Shown piece after piece: positions 1 through 9,867 of a stretch of DNA of 64,000 bases. Location of the stretch: NCBI GenBank assembly GCA_963733195.1, contig CAVTCR010000064.1:1-64000 (forward strand), read 5' to 3'. The notes beneath the pieces were generated by a model. It saw only the letters and a list, made by a program, of their open reading frames with translations, was not told the DNA's origin and did not search any database. Made by a program: the position numbers and the translations under genes. The DNA is from an uncultured delta proteobacterium (GTDB lineage: Bacteria; Desulfobacterota; Binatia; Bin18). Position 1 is the stretch's first letter. Each line of letters opens with the position of its first letter.

Positions 1-73
1 CGGGATAGGGGGAAACCTCACGGCCTCTCCCCTCCCACACCACCGTACATACGGGTCACGTATACGGCGGTTC
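1..73 (-). ncRNA. Group II intron catalytic domains V and VI
   Basis: Short DV hairpin at about 39-71 and DVI hairpin at about 2-36 with branch-point A at plus-strand position 6. Confidence 0.9.
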
Positions 74-87
74 GGCGGATTCAGTCA

Positions 88-891
88 TCACACTTCAGCT
101 AAGCGAGGCAGCCCCAGAGAGTCAAAGTAGGCTGCTGGTAAGGCAAAGCTCAGGGCCGGGCTGCGACTCAACCGCCATGGCCCATGCGCCGACTTGGTGG
201 TATTCCATGCCAAGTCCGGCTCACCCCCGTCTTCCGAGTTCCCGGTAGCGGCGCCGGCCCCACTGCTTCCACAGCATGCAGCGGAGTCGCCGCCGAATCC
301 AGGAGTCCAGTTCTTTGAGGATAGACCGCATTTCGCAAAAGCCAAAGTAGTTGCGCCATCCTACCAGATACGGCCTCGCTTCCCGAATCATCCGCTCCAA
401 GCTAATCCCCCGGGTGCGGTTGGTCGTCTGGCGAATGCGCGCCTTGAACCGCTGGAGCGCTTGCGGCGCGATCCGCCGCTTCGGCCTCGCCCTGGCAGTA
501 AAGGTGAAGCCCAGAAACTTCCGCTCCCAGGGCCGGGCCACGGCGCTCTTTGCTCCGTTGACCTGAGCCTGAGCTTACGGGTGAGAAACCGGCTGACACT
601 CGCCATCACCCGTCTGCCCGCCCGCTCGCTCTTGACGTAGATGTTCGCGTCATCCGCATAGCGCACGAAGCGATGCCCGCGTCTCTCTAACTCACGGTCA
701 AGCTGGTCAAGAAGCAGATTAGACAGCAGCGGGGACAACGGGCCACCTTGCGGCGTCCCTTCATCGACCCGCACCACCAGACCCTCTGCGAGCAACCCCG
801 CTTTCAGATACCGCCGGATGAGGGCGAGGACTCGCTTGTCCTTGATCCGCTTCTCCACCTCACTCATCAGCTTGTCATGGTTGACTCGGTC
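88..891 (-). pseudogene. ltrA: Group II intron reverse transcriptase/maturase, 3' part (no endonuclease domain)
   Basis: FDRVNHDKL, GTPQGGPLSPLLSN, RYADD, KFLGFTF, GWRNYF and terminal YFDSLGLPRL motifs. Frameshifts near 560 and 230. Confidence 0.9.
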
Positions 892-942
892 AAACGATCT
901 ACTCGTCTTAATGCCCCCCTCAAGAACCCAGTCTCGGACGAC

Positions 943-1257
943 CTCCCAGAAATAGAGGTCACCGATCCCACCCATCCGTTGTTTGGCCGTCGCTTTACAG
1001 TGGTCTCCCGTACGGCGGCTCTTCCAGGCCCTGGCTCCGTGTTGGTGAACTACCATCAAGAGATGCTCTTGCAGATCCCCGTCGCAGCGACCAACCTCAT
1101 ACCATCTCAGACCAGAGCGCGGATCAAACTGACGGCTGCTGCGGTCAGGGACCTCGTGAATCTGGCCTCTCACTATGAGGTGTTATGTCTATCCACCCCA
1201 CCGCGGTCTGGTGTCGACTCCCGCCCCAACTCCAAGAACAAATCCACGGCGAGCTGA
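943..1257 (+). CDS. Y4bD/Y4pK-like accessory protein (start uncertain)
   Basis: EVTDPTHPLFGRRF motif, recalled as typical of small ORFs upstream of this recombinase class. No clear ATG inside the element. Confidence 0.55.
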   Translation, partial: LPEIEVTDPTHPLFGRRFTVVSRTAALPGPGSVLVNYHQEMLLQIPVAATNLIPSQTRARIKLTAAAVRDLVNLASHYEVLCLSTPPRSGVDSRPNSKNKSTAS

Positions 1258-1409
1258 CGCTCATCATTCAGGAGGTAATCTATGAGTACATCCGAACTCA
1301 TCACCCCTCATCATCTGATACGCAAAGCGATCATCTATATACGGCAATCCAGTCCCCACCAGGTGCTGACCAATCAGGAGAGTCTGCGTCTACAGTACGC
1401 GCTGCGTGA
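1185..1409 (+). CDS. Small hypothetical protein overlapping recombinase start
   Basis: 74-aa ORF (WCRLPPQLQEQI...) resembling small ORFs seen before such recombinases. Confidence 0.35.
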   Translation: MSIHPTAVWCRLPPQLQEQIHGELTLIIQEVIYEYIRTHHPSSSDTQSDHLYTAIQSPPGADQSGESASTVRAA

Positions 1410-3351
1410 ACGCGCGGTCGAGCTGGGATGGCGGACCGAAGAGATTGAAATCATCGATGGGGATTTGGGCCTCAGTGGGGCGGCGACTCATTATCGAGAA
1501 GGATTTAAGGAGCTGTTGACACGCGTCACTGTTGGTGAAGTGGGCATCATCTTATCTGTAGAGGTGCAACGCCTCTCGCGGAACTGCTCCGATTGGTATC
1601 CCCTCCTCGACATCTGTGGCTATAAACACTGCTTGATTGCCGACCGCGACGGGGTCTATGATCCGGGCACGCCCAATGGCCGTTTATTATTAGGGTTGAA
1701 GGGACAACTCTCGGAGATGGAACTCTATACCCTGCGAGCGCGGATGACCGCGGGCCTCCTGAATAAAGCCCAACGCGGCGAGTTAGCTCTCAGCTTACCC
1801 GTGGGGTTAGTCCGTGATGTGGATGGCGTAGTCCGGAAAGAGCCGAATCTGGAAGTGCAACAGCGGCTGGATTTCGTCTTCTCCACCTTCTTACAGCAGC
1901 GCTCGGCCAGTAAAGTGTTGCAGTTCTTCAACGCCCACGACCTGCGACTTCCCCGGCACGACCGCTTTGGCGACATACGGTGGCGCAAACCGACCGTCGC
2001 GGCCATTCTGGCGATTCTCAAGAATCCGGCTTACGCGGGCGCGTTCGTCTATGGGCGCACCCGGACCATACGGACGGGAGCGGGGCCTCGCCAAGCCACC
2101 CAGAAAAAACTGCCCGTCGAGCAGTGGCGGATTCGCGTCAACGACAAATACCCCGCGTATATCAGTTGGGCGACCTTTGAGCAGATCCAGACAATGCTCC
2201 TGAACAACTACGCCGAGTATGATCGGAACAAGACACGCGGGATTCCTCGACCGGGGGCGGCCTTGTTACACGGGCTGGTGTATTGTGGAGCGTGCGGTCA
2301 TAAGATGGTCGTGCAGTACAAAACTGGGACCCGCTACCTCTGTAATTACCTCCGGCAGCAATATCACGTACCGGTTTGCCAATATATTCCGGCGGATCCT
2401 GTGGATGCGAAAGTCGTCGAGGCATTTTTTGCGGCGCTCTCGGTTGTCGAACTTGACGCCTATCACGGAGCGTTGGCCAATCGGCAGCAAACGGAAGCCG
2501 CAACGCGTCGCGCGCAGCATCAGCAACTGCAACGGTTGCGGTATCAAGCGGCTGTAGCCCAACGCCAGTTCGAACACGTCGATCCGACCAATCGATTGGT
2601 GGCCGCCGAGTTGGAACGGCGCTGGGAGACGGCGCTACGGGATCTGCAACAAGCAGAAACCACTCTCCAGGATCGTCCGCAGTCCCCAGTTGCAGCGGAG
2701 GACCTTCCCGCTGACCTTCAGGCAGCATTCAAAAGGTTGGGGCAAAAGCTACCGGAACTCTGGTCGACAGAGGTCCTGTCCCGGACGCAGAAGAAAGCGT
2801 TGCTGCGCTGTTTGCTGGACAAGATTGTTGTCCACCGGGTAGGCCGGGACCAGGTGCAAATTCGGATCGTGTGGCGTGGAGAAGAAGTCACGGACTGTGT
2901 CATTCCGATTCACGTGGGGTCGCTTGCCGAGCTCTCCACCGGCCAGGAGTTGGAAGCGCGGGTGTTGCAGCTCCACCATACCGGCAAGACTGATGACGAC
3001 ATCGCGCGCGATCTCTCGGCGGCGGGATTTCGGTCGCCGATGCATCAGGAACTGTTAGTGAGTACTGTTCGCGGGCTGCGTCTGAAACATCGCTGCTTTC
3101 TGACGCGCCATCAATCCCATCCGCGTTCAGTGGAGGGATCACTCACCGTGACGCAAGTTGCGCGACAGCTCGCCCTCTCGGTCCATTGGCTCTACGACCG
3201 CATTCATAATGGGCAGATTCAACTCCAGAAAGATCCAACCACGCATCTCTTTCTCTTTCCCGATCACCCTTCAACGTTGGAACGGTTAACCCACCTCCGT
3301 GCTGGACTCCTCCAGCGCGTGGGTTTTGGAAAGGAGTATCAAGATGCCTAA
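1282..3351 (+). CDS. Large serine recombinase (resolvase + recombinase + Zn-ribbon + coiled coil + C-terminal HTH)
   Basis: YIRQSS catalytic Ser motif, RLSRN, LKNPAYAG, CGACG...C...C zinc ribbon. SD AGGAGG upstream. Confidence 0.93.
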   Translation: MSTSELITPHHLIRKAIIYIRQSSPHQVLTNQESLRLQYALRERAVELGWRTEEIEIIDGDLGLSGAATHYREGFKELLTRVTVGEVGIILSVEVQRLSRNCSDWYPLLDICGYKHCLIADRDGVYDPGTPNGRLLLGLKGQLSEMELYTLRARMTAGLLNKAQRGELALSLPVGLVRDVDGVVRKEPNLEVQQRLDFVFSTFLQQRSASKVLQFFNAHDLRLPRHDRFGDIRWRKPTVAAILAILKNPAYAGAFVYGRTRTIRTGAGPRQATQKKLPVEQWRIRVNDKYPAYISWATFEQIQTMLLNNYAEYDRNKTRGIPRPGAALLHGLVYCGACGHKMVVQYKTGTRYLCNYLRQQYHVPVCQYIPADPVDAKVVEAFFAALSVVELDAYHGALANRQQTEAATRRAQHQQLQRLRYQAAVAQRQFEHVDPTNRLVAAELERRWETALRDLQQAETTLQDRPQSPVAAEDLPADLQAAFKRLGQKLPELWSTEVLSRTQKKALLRCLLDKIVVHRVGRDQVQIRIVWRGEEVTDCVIPIHVGSLAELSTGQELEARVLQLHHTGKTDDDIARDLSAAGFRSPMHQELLVSTVRGLRLKHRCFLTRHQSHPRSVEGSLTVTQVARQLALSVHWLYDRIHNGQIQLQKDPTTHLFLFPDHPSTLERLTHLRAGLLQRVGFGKEYQDA

Positions 3352-3887
3352 TCGAAGAATTTCTCCAGGTCGAGATCCACCACCCATCGATAGCCCCTCC
3401 GCAGGTACTTCTGCGCCTGGCCTACCGCTTGGCGGGCGGAACGCCCTGGACGAAACCCATAACTGTGTTCCGAGAACGTCGGGTCCCATCTTGGCTGCAG
3501 CACTTGTAAGAGGGCCTGCTGGAGAAAACGATCAAGCACCGTCGGAATCCCCAGCTTCCTGACCCCGCCTTCGGGCTTCGGGATCTCCACCCGCTTTATT
3601 GGCTGCGGCTGGTACTGCCCGGTGAGCAGTTGCTCTCGGATCTGCGGCCAGTGCTCTCTGAGATAGGCCGGGAGTTCCTCTACGGTCATCCCGTCCACTC
3701 CCGCACTGCCGTGGTTGCCCTGACTTGCTTGAGGGCCGCCGTCAAGTTCTCTCTGGCGACTACCTCCTCCATAAGCTGTTCGTCTACTGACTGGGCTTTC
3801 GGTCGTCCGCTTCCCGCCAGCTATTTCGTCCCTCGTTCCCAAGGGCAACTCGCGTTGCTTTGCTGACGCTCTATAGCTCTCGGTCAT
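3352..3887 (-). pseudogene. ltrA: Group II intron reverse transcriptase, 5' part
   Basis: GSAGVDGMTV, RVEIPKPEGGVRKLGIPTVLDRFLQQA, SYGFRPGRSA, VVDLDLEKFFD. Frameshifts near 3720-3780. Confidence 0.9.
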
Positions 3888-4330
3888 GTGTCCTACTCCC
3901 CCTTCCTTTACCCCCTCGTAGGAGGGGACCGTTCGGGCCTTCCCTACGTTCCCGTAGGTACTATGCCCTCTGCTGACTCCTCGTGCGCTGTCGGAGAAAT
4001 TCCCACCCCTCCTAGTCAGTTTCCGTGGCACGCCACTTCCCAGGACTCACACGAGGTCTCCCGTGGTAAGTCGTACTCCCTTCAGTGCATAGACGCCGGA
4101 TTTATAAAGCACGTCCCCTTGTGGATGGAGGACTTTGTGGTTGCGTGCCCACTCGTCCCGAACGCGCCACACCTCATATCCGGTTCCTGTTCGTCGCCCC
4201 GCACTTTCGCTCCACGCTTCCTTCAGACCCCACCTCACGGTGACGCCCTTGCGCTTCGCTTGTCCTTCGGTTCCACGTTTACCTGGACAGGGGACTCTCA
4301 CCCCCAAGCAGTACAACATGCACGGCACAC

Positions 4331-6967
4331 ACGCCACTCGTGGGGCGTGAAGAAGAACTGGCGCTTCTTCATCGCCATTGGGAGCAGGTCAAGGATCGCG
4401 AAGGACAGGTGGCAATGCTGAATGGGGAACCCGGTATTGGCAAATCGCGTCTAGTGCGGGAACTGCGCGACCGGGTGGAACAGGATGGGGCGTTGTGCAT
4501 CGAATTTCGCTGCTCGCCGTATCATCAGAACAGCGCCTTGCAACCGGTCATCGAGCACCTCCAACGACTCCTGCAATGGCAGAAAGATGATACGCCACAG
4601 AGCAAAACAGACAAGCTCCACGCCACGCTCGCCCGGTATCGCTTCCCCCAAGCTGATACCCCAGCCTTGCTCGCGGCTCTGCTGTCCTTACCGCAGCCCG
4701 CTGATTCCCCTCCACTGAACCTCAGTCCCCAACGCCAGAAGCAGAAGACGGAAGAAGCCTTGATCGCGTGGCTCGTCGAAGAGGCCGACCACGCACCGGT
4801 CTATTGTGCCTGGGAAGATCTCCATTGGGCCGATCCCTCTACGCTGGAGTTGTTGGGGTTGCTGATCGATCAAACTCCCACTACCCGACTCTTCGTGTTG
4901 CTGACGAGTCGGCCCGAATTTACCCCGCCGTGGGGGCAGCACGCCCACTTCAATCAATTGACCCTCAGTCGCTTGGGGCGCCGACAAGTGCCGCAGATGA
5001 TTACGCAGGCCACGGGGGGCAAGACGCTACCAACAGAAGTGGTGCAACAGATTGTGGCCAAGACCGACGGCGTGCCGCTGTTTGTGGAAGAGTTGACCAA
5101 GATGGTGCTGGAGTCGGGCTTGTTGATCGAAACGAACGGCGACTACAAGCTCAGTGGGCCGTTGCCACCGCTAGCGATTCCTTCCACGTTGCAGGACTCG
5201 CTGATGGCACGGCTGGATCGCTTGGCCACAGTCAGAGAGATCGCCCAACGAGGCGCCACCATTGGGCGGGAGTTTAGCTATGAGCTCCTACAGGCGGTCT
5301 CGCCCCTCGACGAAGCGACGTTACAGCAAGGGTTAAAGCAGTTGGTGGAGGCCGAACTCGTGTTTCAGCGCGGGCTACTCCCCCAGGCCCTATATATCTT
5401 CAAGCATGCGCTCATTCAGGATGCGGCGTATCAGTCGTTGCTCAAGAGCAAGCGACAGCAATATCACCAACAGATTGCGCAGGTGTTAGCGGAGACCTTT
5501 CCTGAGACCAAAGAGACCCAACCTGAGCTGTTGGCTCATCACTACACCGAGGCGGGGCTCATTGCGCAGGCTTTCCCTTACTGGCAGAGAGCGGGCGATA
5601 GAGCTGTCCAACGCTCGGCCAATGTAGAAGCGATTAGCTATCTGACCCAGGGACTAGAGTTGCTTAAGACCTTGCCAGACACTCCCGAGCGCGCCCAGCA
5701 CGAACTGACGCTGCAAATCACTCTAGGGACGGCTTTTATAGCCACTAAAGGCTATTCGGCCTCGGAGGTGGGGATAGCCTACACGCGCGCCCGGGAGTTA
5801 TGTCAGCAGACCGGGGAAACGGCTCAACTCTTCCCGGTGCTGGGAGGCTTGTGGCAATTTCATATTGTCCGGGCGGAATACCAAATCACACGTGAACTCG
5901 GAGAGCTGATCCTTTCTCTCGCCCAGAACGAGCGAGACCCAGCGTTTCTACTCGTGGAAGCCCATGACGCGCTGGGGCAGACCTTCTGCTTCCTGGGAGA
6001 GCTGAGCCAAGCCCAAGCACACCTCGAACAGGGCATTCTCCTCTACGATCCGCAGCACCATCGTGTCCTTACCTCTCTCTGTGGAGGGGAGGATCCCGGG
6101 ATTGCTTGCCGGGTCTTTGCGGCCTGGACTCAGTGCTTACAGGGCTATCCGGACCAAGCTCTCACGAAGAGCCACGCTGCGCTCAGCTTAGCCCAGGAGG
6201 TCGCTCATCCTTTTAGTCTTGCAGTTGCATTTACCTTTACTGCTGTCGTCCATATGTTCCGTGGGGAAAGACTAGTAGCCCAGGAGCGAGCCGAGGCAGG
6301 AATGACACTCTCTAGCGAGCAAAGATTTGCGGGCTTTTTGGCGTGGGGGACCATTCTCCAAGGCTGGGCGCTCGCCATGCAGAGGCAAAGAGAAGAGGGG
6401 ATTGCACAGATACGTCAGGGGCTGGCTGCCTACCAGGCCACGGCGGGAGAGTTGTTTCGACCGTATTTTCTTGCCCTGCTGGCCGAGGCGTATGGGAAAG
6501 TGGGGCAGAACGAGGAAGGACTCACCACGCTGGCCGAGGCGCTGGCTCAAGTGGAGAAAACTGGGGAGCGTTATTACGAAGCGGAGCTGTATCGGCTCAA
6601 GGGAGCGCTTACGCTTCAGTCCCAAGCCAGTCTAGGGCAAGTCTCAAGCAGTCTTGGACAAGTCCAGGGCAAGTCTCAGACAAGTCAAGACAAGTCCGAA
6701 AACCCCAGCTTCCAGCCCCTCACGCCCAGCACCCCGGCGGAGGCAGAAGCCGAAGCGTGCTTTCTCAAAGCTATCGAGATTGCCCGCAGACAACAAGCAA
6801 AGTCGTTGGAGTTGCGGGCGGTGACGAGTTTGAGCCGCTTGTGGCAGCAACAGGGTAAGAAGGACGAAGCCCGGCAACTGCTGGCCGAGATCTACAACTG
6901 GTTCACCGAAGGCTTTGACACCAAAGACTTGCAAGAGGCGAAAGTCCTGTTGGAGGAATTAATCTGA
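4331..6967 (+). CDS. AAA-ATPase + TPR protein (adenylate/guanylate cyclase-associated STAND-like family), N-terminus cut off by the intron
   Basis: Starts at TPLVGREEEL. Walker A GEPGIGKS, Walker B WEDLHWAD, GVPLFVEE, FKHALIQDAAY, TPR repeats, C-terminal WFTEGFDTKDL. Confidence 0.88.
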   Translation, partial: TPLVGREEELALLHRHWEQVKDREGQVAMLNGEPGIGKSRLVRELRDRVEQDGALCIEFRCSPYHQNSALQPVIEHLQRLLQWQKDDTPQSKTDKLHATLARYRFPQADTPALLAALLSLPQPADSPPLNLSPQRQKQKTEEALIAWLVEEADHAPVYCAWEDLHWADPSTLELLGLLIDQTPTTRLFVLLTSRPEFTPPWGQHAHFNQLTLSRLGRRQVPQMITQATGGKTLPTEVVQQIVAKTDGVPLFVEELTKMVLESGLLIETNGDYKLSGPLPPLAIPSTLQDSLMARLDRLATVREIAQRGATIGREFSYELLQAVSPLDEATLQQGLKQLVEAELVFQRGLLPQALYIFKHALIQDAAYQSLLKSKRQQYHQQIAQVLAETFPETKETQPELLAHHYTEAGLIAQAFPYWQRAGDRAVQRSANVEAISYLTQGLELLKTLPDTPERAQHELTLQITLGTAFIATKGYSASEVGIAYTRARELCQQTGETAQLFPVLGGLWQFHIVRAEYQITRELGELILSLAQNERDPAFLLVEAHDALGQTFCFLGELSQAQAHLEQGILLYDPQHHRVLTSLCGGEDPGIACRVFAAWTQCLQGYPDQALTKSHAALSLAQEVAHPFSLAVAFTFTAVVHMFRGERLVAQERAEAGMTLSSEQRFAGFLAWGTILQGWALAMQRQREEGIAQIRQGLAAYQATAGELFRPYFLALLAEAYGKVGQNEEGLTTLAEALAQVEKTGERYYEAELYRLKGALTLQSQASLGQVSSSLGQVQGKSQTSQDKSENPSFQPLTPSTPAEAEAEACFLKAIEIARRQQAKSLELRAVTSLSRLWQQQGKKDEARQLLAEIYNWFTEGFDTKDLQEAKVLLEELI
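6618..6736 (+). repeat. In-frame short tandem repeats within the TPR region
   Basis: AGTC cores at 6618, 6629, 6640, 6650, 6661, 6672, 6683 and 6693 (10-11 nt period), followed by C-rich heptamers. Confidence 0.7.
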
Positions 6968-7199
6968 AGAGAAACTCGTCATCCAAGAACGGATTGCTAC
7001 TAGACTCTATTTCCACACTATTTGACCAGACCTCACGGGCCTCTTCAGGTTCGCTAACGCAATCGGGTGGAACGACGTGTTAACCCCTGAGCGGCCCCGT
7101 TCCCCTGTTCAGTCTTCTCCGCTAACCACCCTCTGCTGAAGTGGTGCACCCGTGAGAGCAGTTCTTCTCCGGGCCGTCCTTCTCTGGCGGCAGGCCAGC

Positions 7200-7399
7200 C
7201 AATCAAATCTGGGCGATGGCCAAAGAGGATGATGACCTGCCCGTCACGTAACGGCCCCGGCTGCAAGCCATCGTCCACCCGCCAACCTTGTGCGCCTCTG
7301 TGGCTCGATTTAGTTGAGGAGGTGTTCATTGGAAACAACCCGATCACAGGCGCTCCGTACCTCATTCCATTCCCACTTCATGCTAAAGAAAAGACATGA
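7200..7399 (+). pseudogene. Possible degraded C-terminus of a FecE/BtuD-type ABC ATPase
   Basis: Fragments IWAMAKE and VFIGNNPITGAPYLIP in different frames. The stop overlaps the cobQ start (ATGA). Confidence 0.25.
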
Positions 7400-8918
7400 G
7401 CGCTAAAAGTTTGATGGTGATGGGTACAGCCTCCGATGTAGGAAAAAGCGTTGTCGTGACTGCGCTGTGCCGTGCCTTTGCTCGTGCCGGGGTACGCGTT
7501 GCTCCTTTCAAGTCGCAGAACATGTCGAACAACGCAGCCGTGTGCCCTGGAGGTGGTGAGATTGGTCGCGCCCAAGCCGTGCAAGCGGAAGCCTGTGGAT
7601 TGGAACCGACAGTAGACATGAATCCCGTGCTGCTCAAACCGGAAACCGAAACCGGATGCCAGGTGGTCATTCGTGGACAGGCACGCTTTCACATGCGTGC
7701 ACACGAGCATCAACGCTACCGGACTGAAGCGTGGCCGGAAATTGTCACTAGCTATCGTACGCTTGCTGAACGTTTTGACTTGATCGTCATCGAAGGTGCT
7801 GGCAGTGCCGCAGAGATCAACCTGAGAGAGCGCGACATGGTGAACTGGTCGATTGCTGAATTCGCGAACGCGCCAGTGCTGCTGGTTGCTGATATTGATA
7901 AAGGTGGTGTCTTTGCTTCGCTCGTCGGCACGATCGAGTTGCTCTCGCCTACTGAACGTCAAGTCGCGTTAAAGGATTCTTGATCAATAAATTTCGCGGT
8001 GATATCCGACTGTTGGAGAGTGGATTGCGTTTTCTCGAAGAACGCACTGGAATTCCGGTATTGGGCGTGCTCCCCTATCTCCGCGAGCTGCGTATTCCGC
8101 AAGAGGACGCCGCAGTGCTCGAGACCTCCCGTTCCCTTCATGCGAAGCGAGAGGTGATGATCGGTGTTGTCTGTGTACCGCGGATTGCGAATTACACTGA
8201 TTTTGCTCCGCTTGAAGAGGAGCCAGACGTGACCGTGCACTATCTCACCGATCCTGCTACGGCGCCACGGCTCGATATGCTCATCCTCCCGGGCAGCAAA
8301 AGTACAGTGGCCGATCTCCACTGGCTGCGGCACACAGGATGGGAAAATTATCTCGTACGTCATCTGCGTACTCAGGGGTGGGTCATCGGGGTGTGTGGCG
8401 GATACCAAATGCTGGGACAACACATTTTAGATCCGCAGGGAGTGGAGAGCGATATCACGGAGACCGTAGGATTGGGGCTCCTTGATATCACAACGTGTTT
8501 TGACACGAAGAAAATAACCGCCCAAGTGCAGGGACATAAGCTGTCCACCAAGCTGCCGATTTCTGGCTACGAGATTCACACTGGGCGAGTGACAAGGCAG
8601 CAGTCCGCGCGACCTCTCTTCCGTCTCTCCCAGCGCAACACTGATACCGTCGATGAACTCGAAGGTGCTCAATCGATCGACGGGCATATTTTAGGCACGG
8701 CGATTCACGGCATCTTTGATAGCAACCAGTTTCGGCGCGACGTAATCGACCGCATCCGTACCGCCAAAGGGCTTGCTTCGCTGGCTACCACAGCGAGTGT
8801 CGATACTACTGTACGACGGGTTCAGGAATACGACCGATTTGCCGACGTACTGGAGGCCAACACGGATATCGTCCGCATCGCCGCACTTGTAGGTTGCGAA
8901 CAGGTCTATACTCGATGA
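7396..8918 (+). CDS. cobQ: Cobyric acid synthase (frameshift near 7970)
   Basis: GTASDVGKS, PFKSQNMSNN, EGAGSAAEINL, INKFRGD, GATase GVCGGYQMLG, GYEIH. Split across ORFs 7396-7983 and 7980-8918. Confidence 0.93.
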
Positions 8919-8956
8919 TATTCGCCAGCACGTTCGAGGGAGGAAGCGAGAAGAAG

Positions 8957-9826
8957 ATGAAGCTCAATCGGCGTCAGTTTCTCAAGACAGGGGCGTCAGG
9001 CGTCGCTGCTGCTGTCCTGACTTCCTCGTCGTCACGAGCAATCATGCCAACACATGTACTGCGCATAGCCTTGGTACACCTTGCCCCTATTCCGGGTGAC
9101 CTCGCCTCTAATCGACGACTCGTCGAGACCGCCGTCACTACGGCCGCAAAATTAGGCGCTGCGTGGATCATCACGCCTGAGCTCTGTATCTGCGGCTATG
9201 CTTTTACCGACCAGATCGGCACTGACTGGATCTTGTCACAGCCAGACCCGTGGATGATAGACTTTTGCCGTTTAGTCGCCCAACTGCAAGTGACGGTGTT
9301 TCTGTCCCATCCCGAGCGGGATCGTCAGACTACAAAGCTCCACAACTCGGTGTTCGTGATTGGAGCGGATGGCACAATCCTCGGCAGGCATCGAAAAATC
9401 AATACACTACGGGTAGGTGCAGAGTCATGGTCAAGTCCAGGAGGACAGGCTGCTCCCATCCTTATTCCGCCAGTGGGCCATGTGGGAGTGTTAATCTGTG
9501 CGGATGCGTATTCGCCGGGGATTGCCAAGAGCTTACAAACCCAAGGCGCACATCTGCTAGTTTCTTCCGCTGCCTGGGCACCAGGCCTTCATGGGCCGAA
9601 TGGTGAATGGGAACGCTGTACCCGCGACACTGGACTTCCCCTTTTGGTCTGTAATCGAACTGGGCCCGATCGGACCTTGAACTTTACTGAGGCCGAGAGC
9701 GTGATCGTTAAAGGCGGGCAACGGCTTCTGTCGTTTCGCGCGGAACGTTCGGCCATTTTCACGATCGAGTGGAATCTGAAGACGCAGACCTTAGCGGTAC
9801 CAGAGTACCAGACAACGTACCTCTGA
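8957..9826 (+). CDS. Carbon-nitrogen hydrolase (nitrilase superfamily) with Tat signal
   Basis: NRRQFLK twin-arginine motif. Catalytic E (TPEL), K (HRK) and C (LICAD). Confidence 0.85.
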   Translation: MKLNRRQFLKTGASGVAAAVLTSSSSRAIMPTHVLRIALVHLAPIPGDLASNRRLVETAVTTAAKLGAAWIITPELCICGYAFTDQIGTDWILSQPDPWMIDFCRLVAQLQVTVFLSHPERDRQTTKLHNSVFVIGADGTILGRHRKINTLRVGAESWSSPGGQAAPILIPPVGHVGVLICADAYSPGIAKSLQTQGAHLLVSSAAWAPGLHGPNGEWERCTRDTGLPLLVCNRTGPDRTLNFTEAESVIVKGGQRLLSFRAERSAIFTIEWNLKTQTLAVPEYQTTYL

Positions 9827-9867
9827 AAATAATATTCCTATTACTCCTTTACTTCACTGATCGGGGT

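Larger units (their letters stand above)
892..3353 (+). mobile_element. Large serine recombinase integrative element (Y4bD/Y4pK-like ORF + small ORF + recombinase)
   Basis: Junctions GACTCGG-TC-AAACGATCT (TC at 890-891) and GATGCCTAA-TC-GAAGAATTT (TC at 3352-3353). Removal restores the RT codons K-F-F-D-R-V. Confidence 0.88.
1..4330 (-). mobile_element. Group II intron, class C/IIC-like; 3' end about 2 nt beyond window start; RT interrupted by recombinase element
   Basis: Minus-strand 5' end GTGTGCCGTGCATG at 4330. Domain V GAACCGCCGTATACGTGACCCGTATGTACGGTGGT has a CGC triad. Domain VI has a bulged A and ends ...CCTATCCCG. About 1.87 kb once the insert is removed. Confidence 0.92.

Noticed and set aside
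388-1173. 261-aa minus ORF as a genuine fusion protein
   Set aside because: It is read-through from the antisense strand of the inserted element into the RT 3' half.
88-3887. RT as retron, DGR or defence-associated RT
   Set aside because: It is flanked by a group II intron 5' end and domains V/VI and has maturase features.
6968-7395. Cobalamin riboswitch upstream of cobQ, or a real 103-aa minus-strand gene
   Set aside because: No B12-box or conserved riboswitch core was seen, and the ORF has no recognisable motifs. A degraded ABC ATPase tail fits slightly better.
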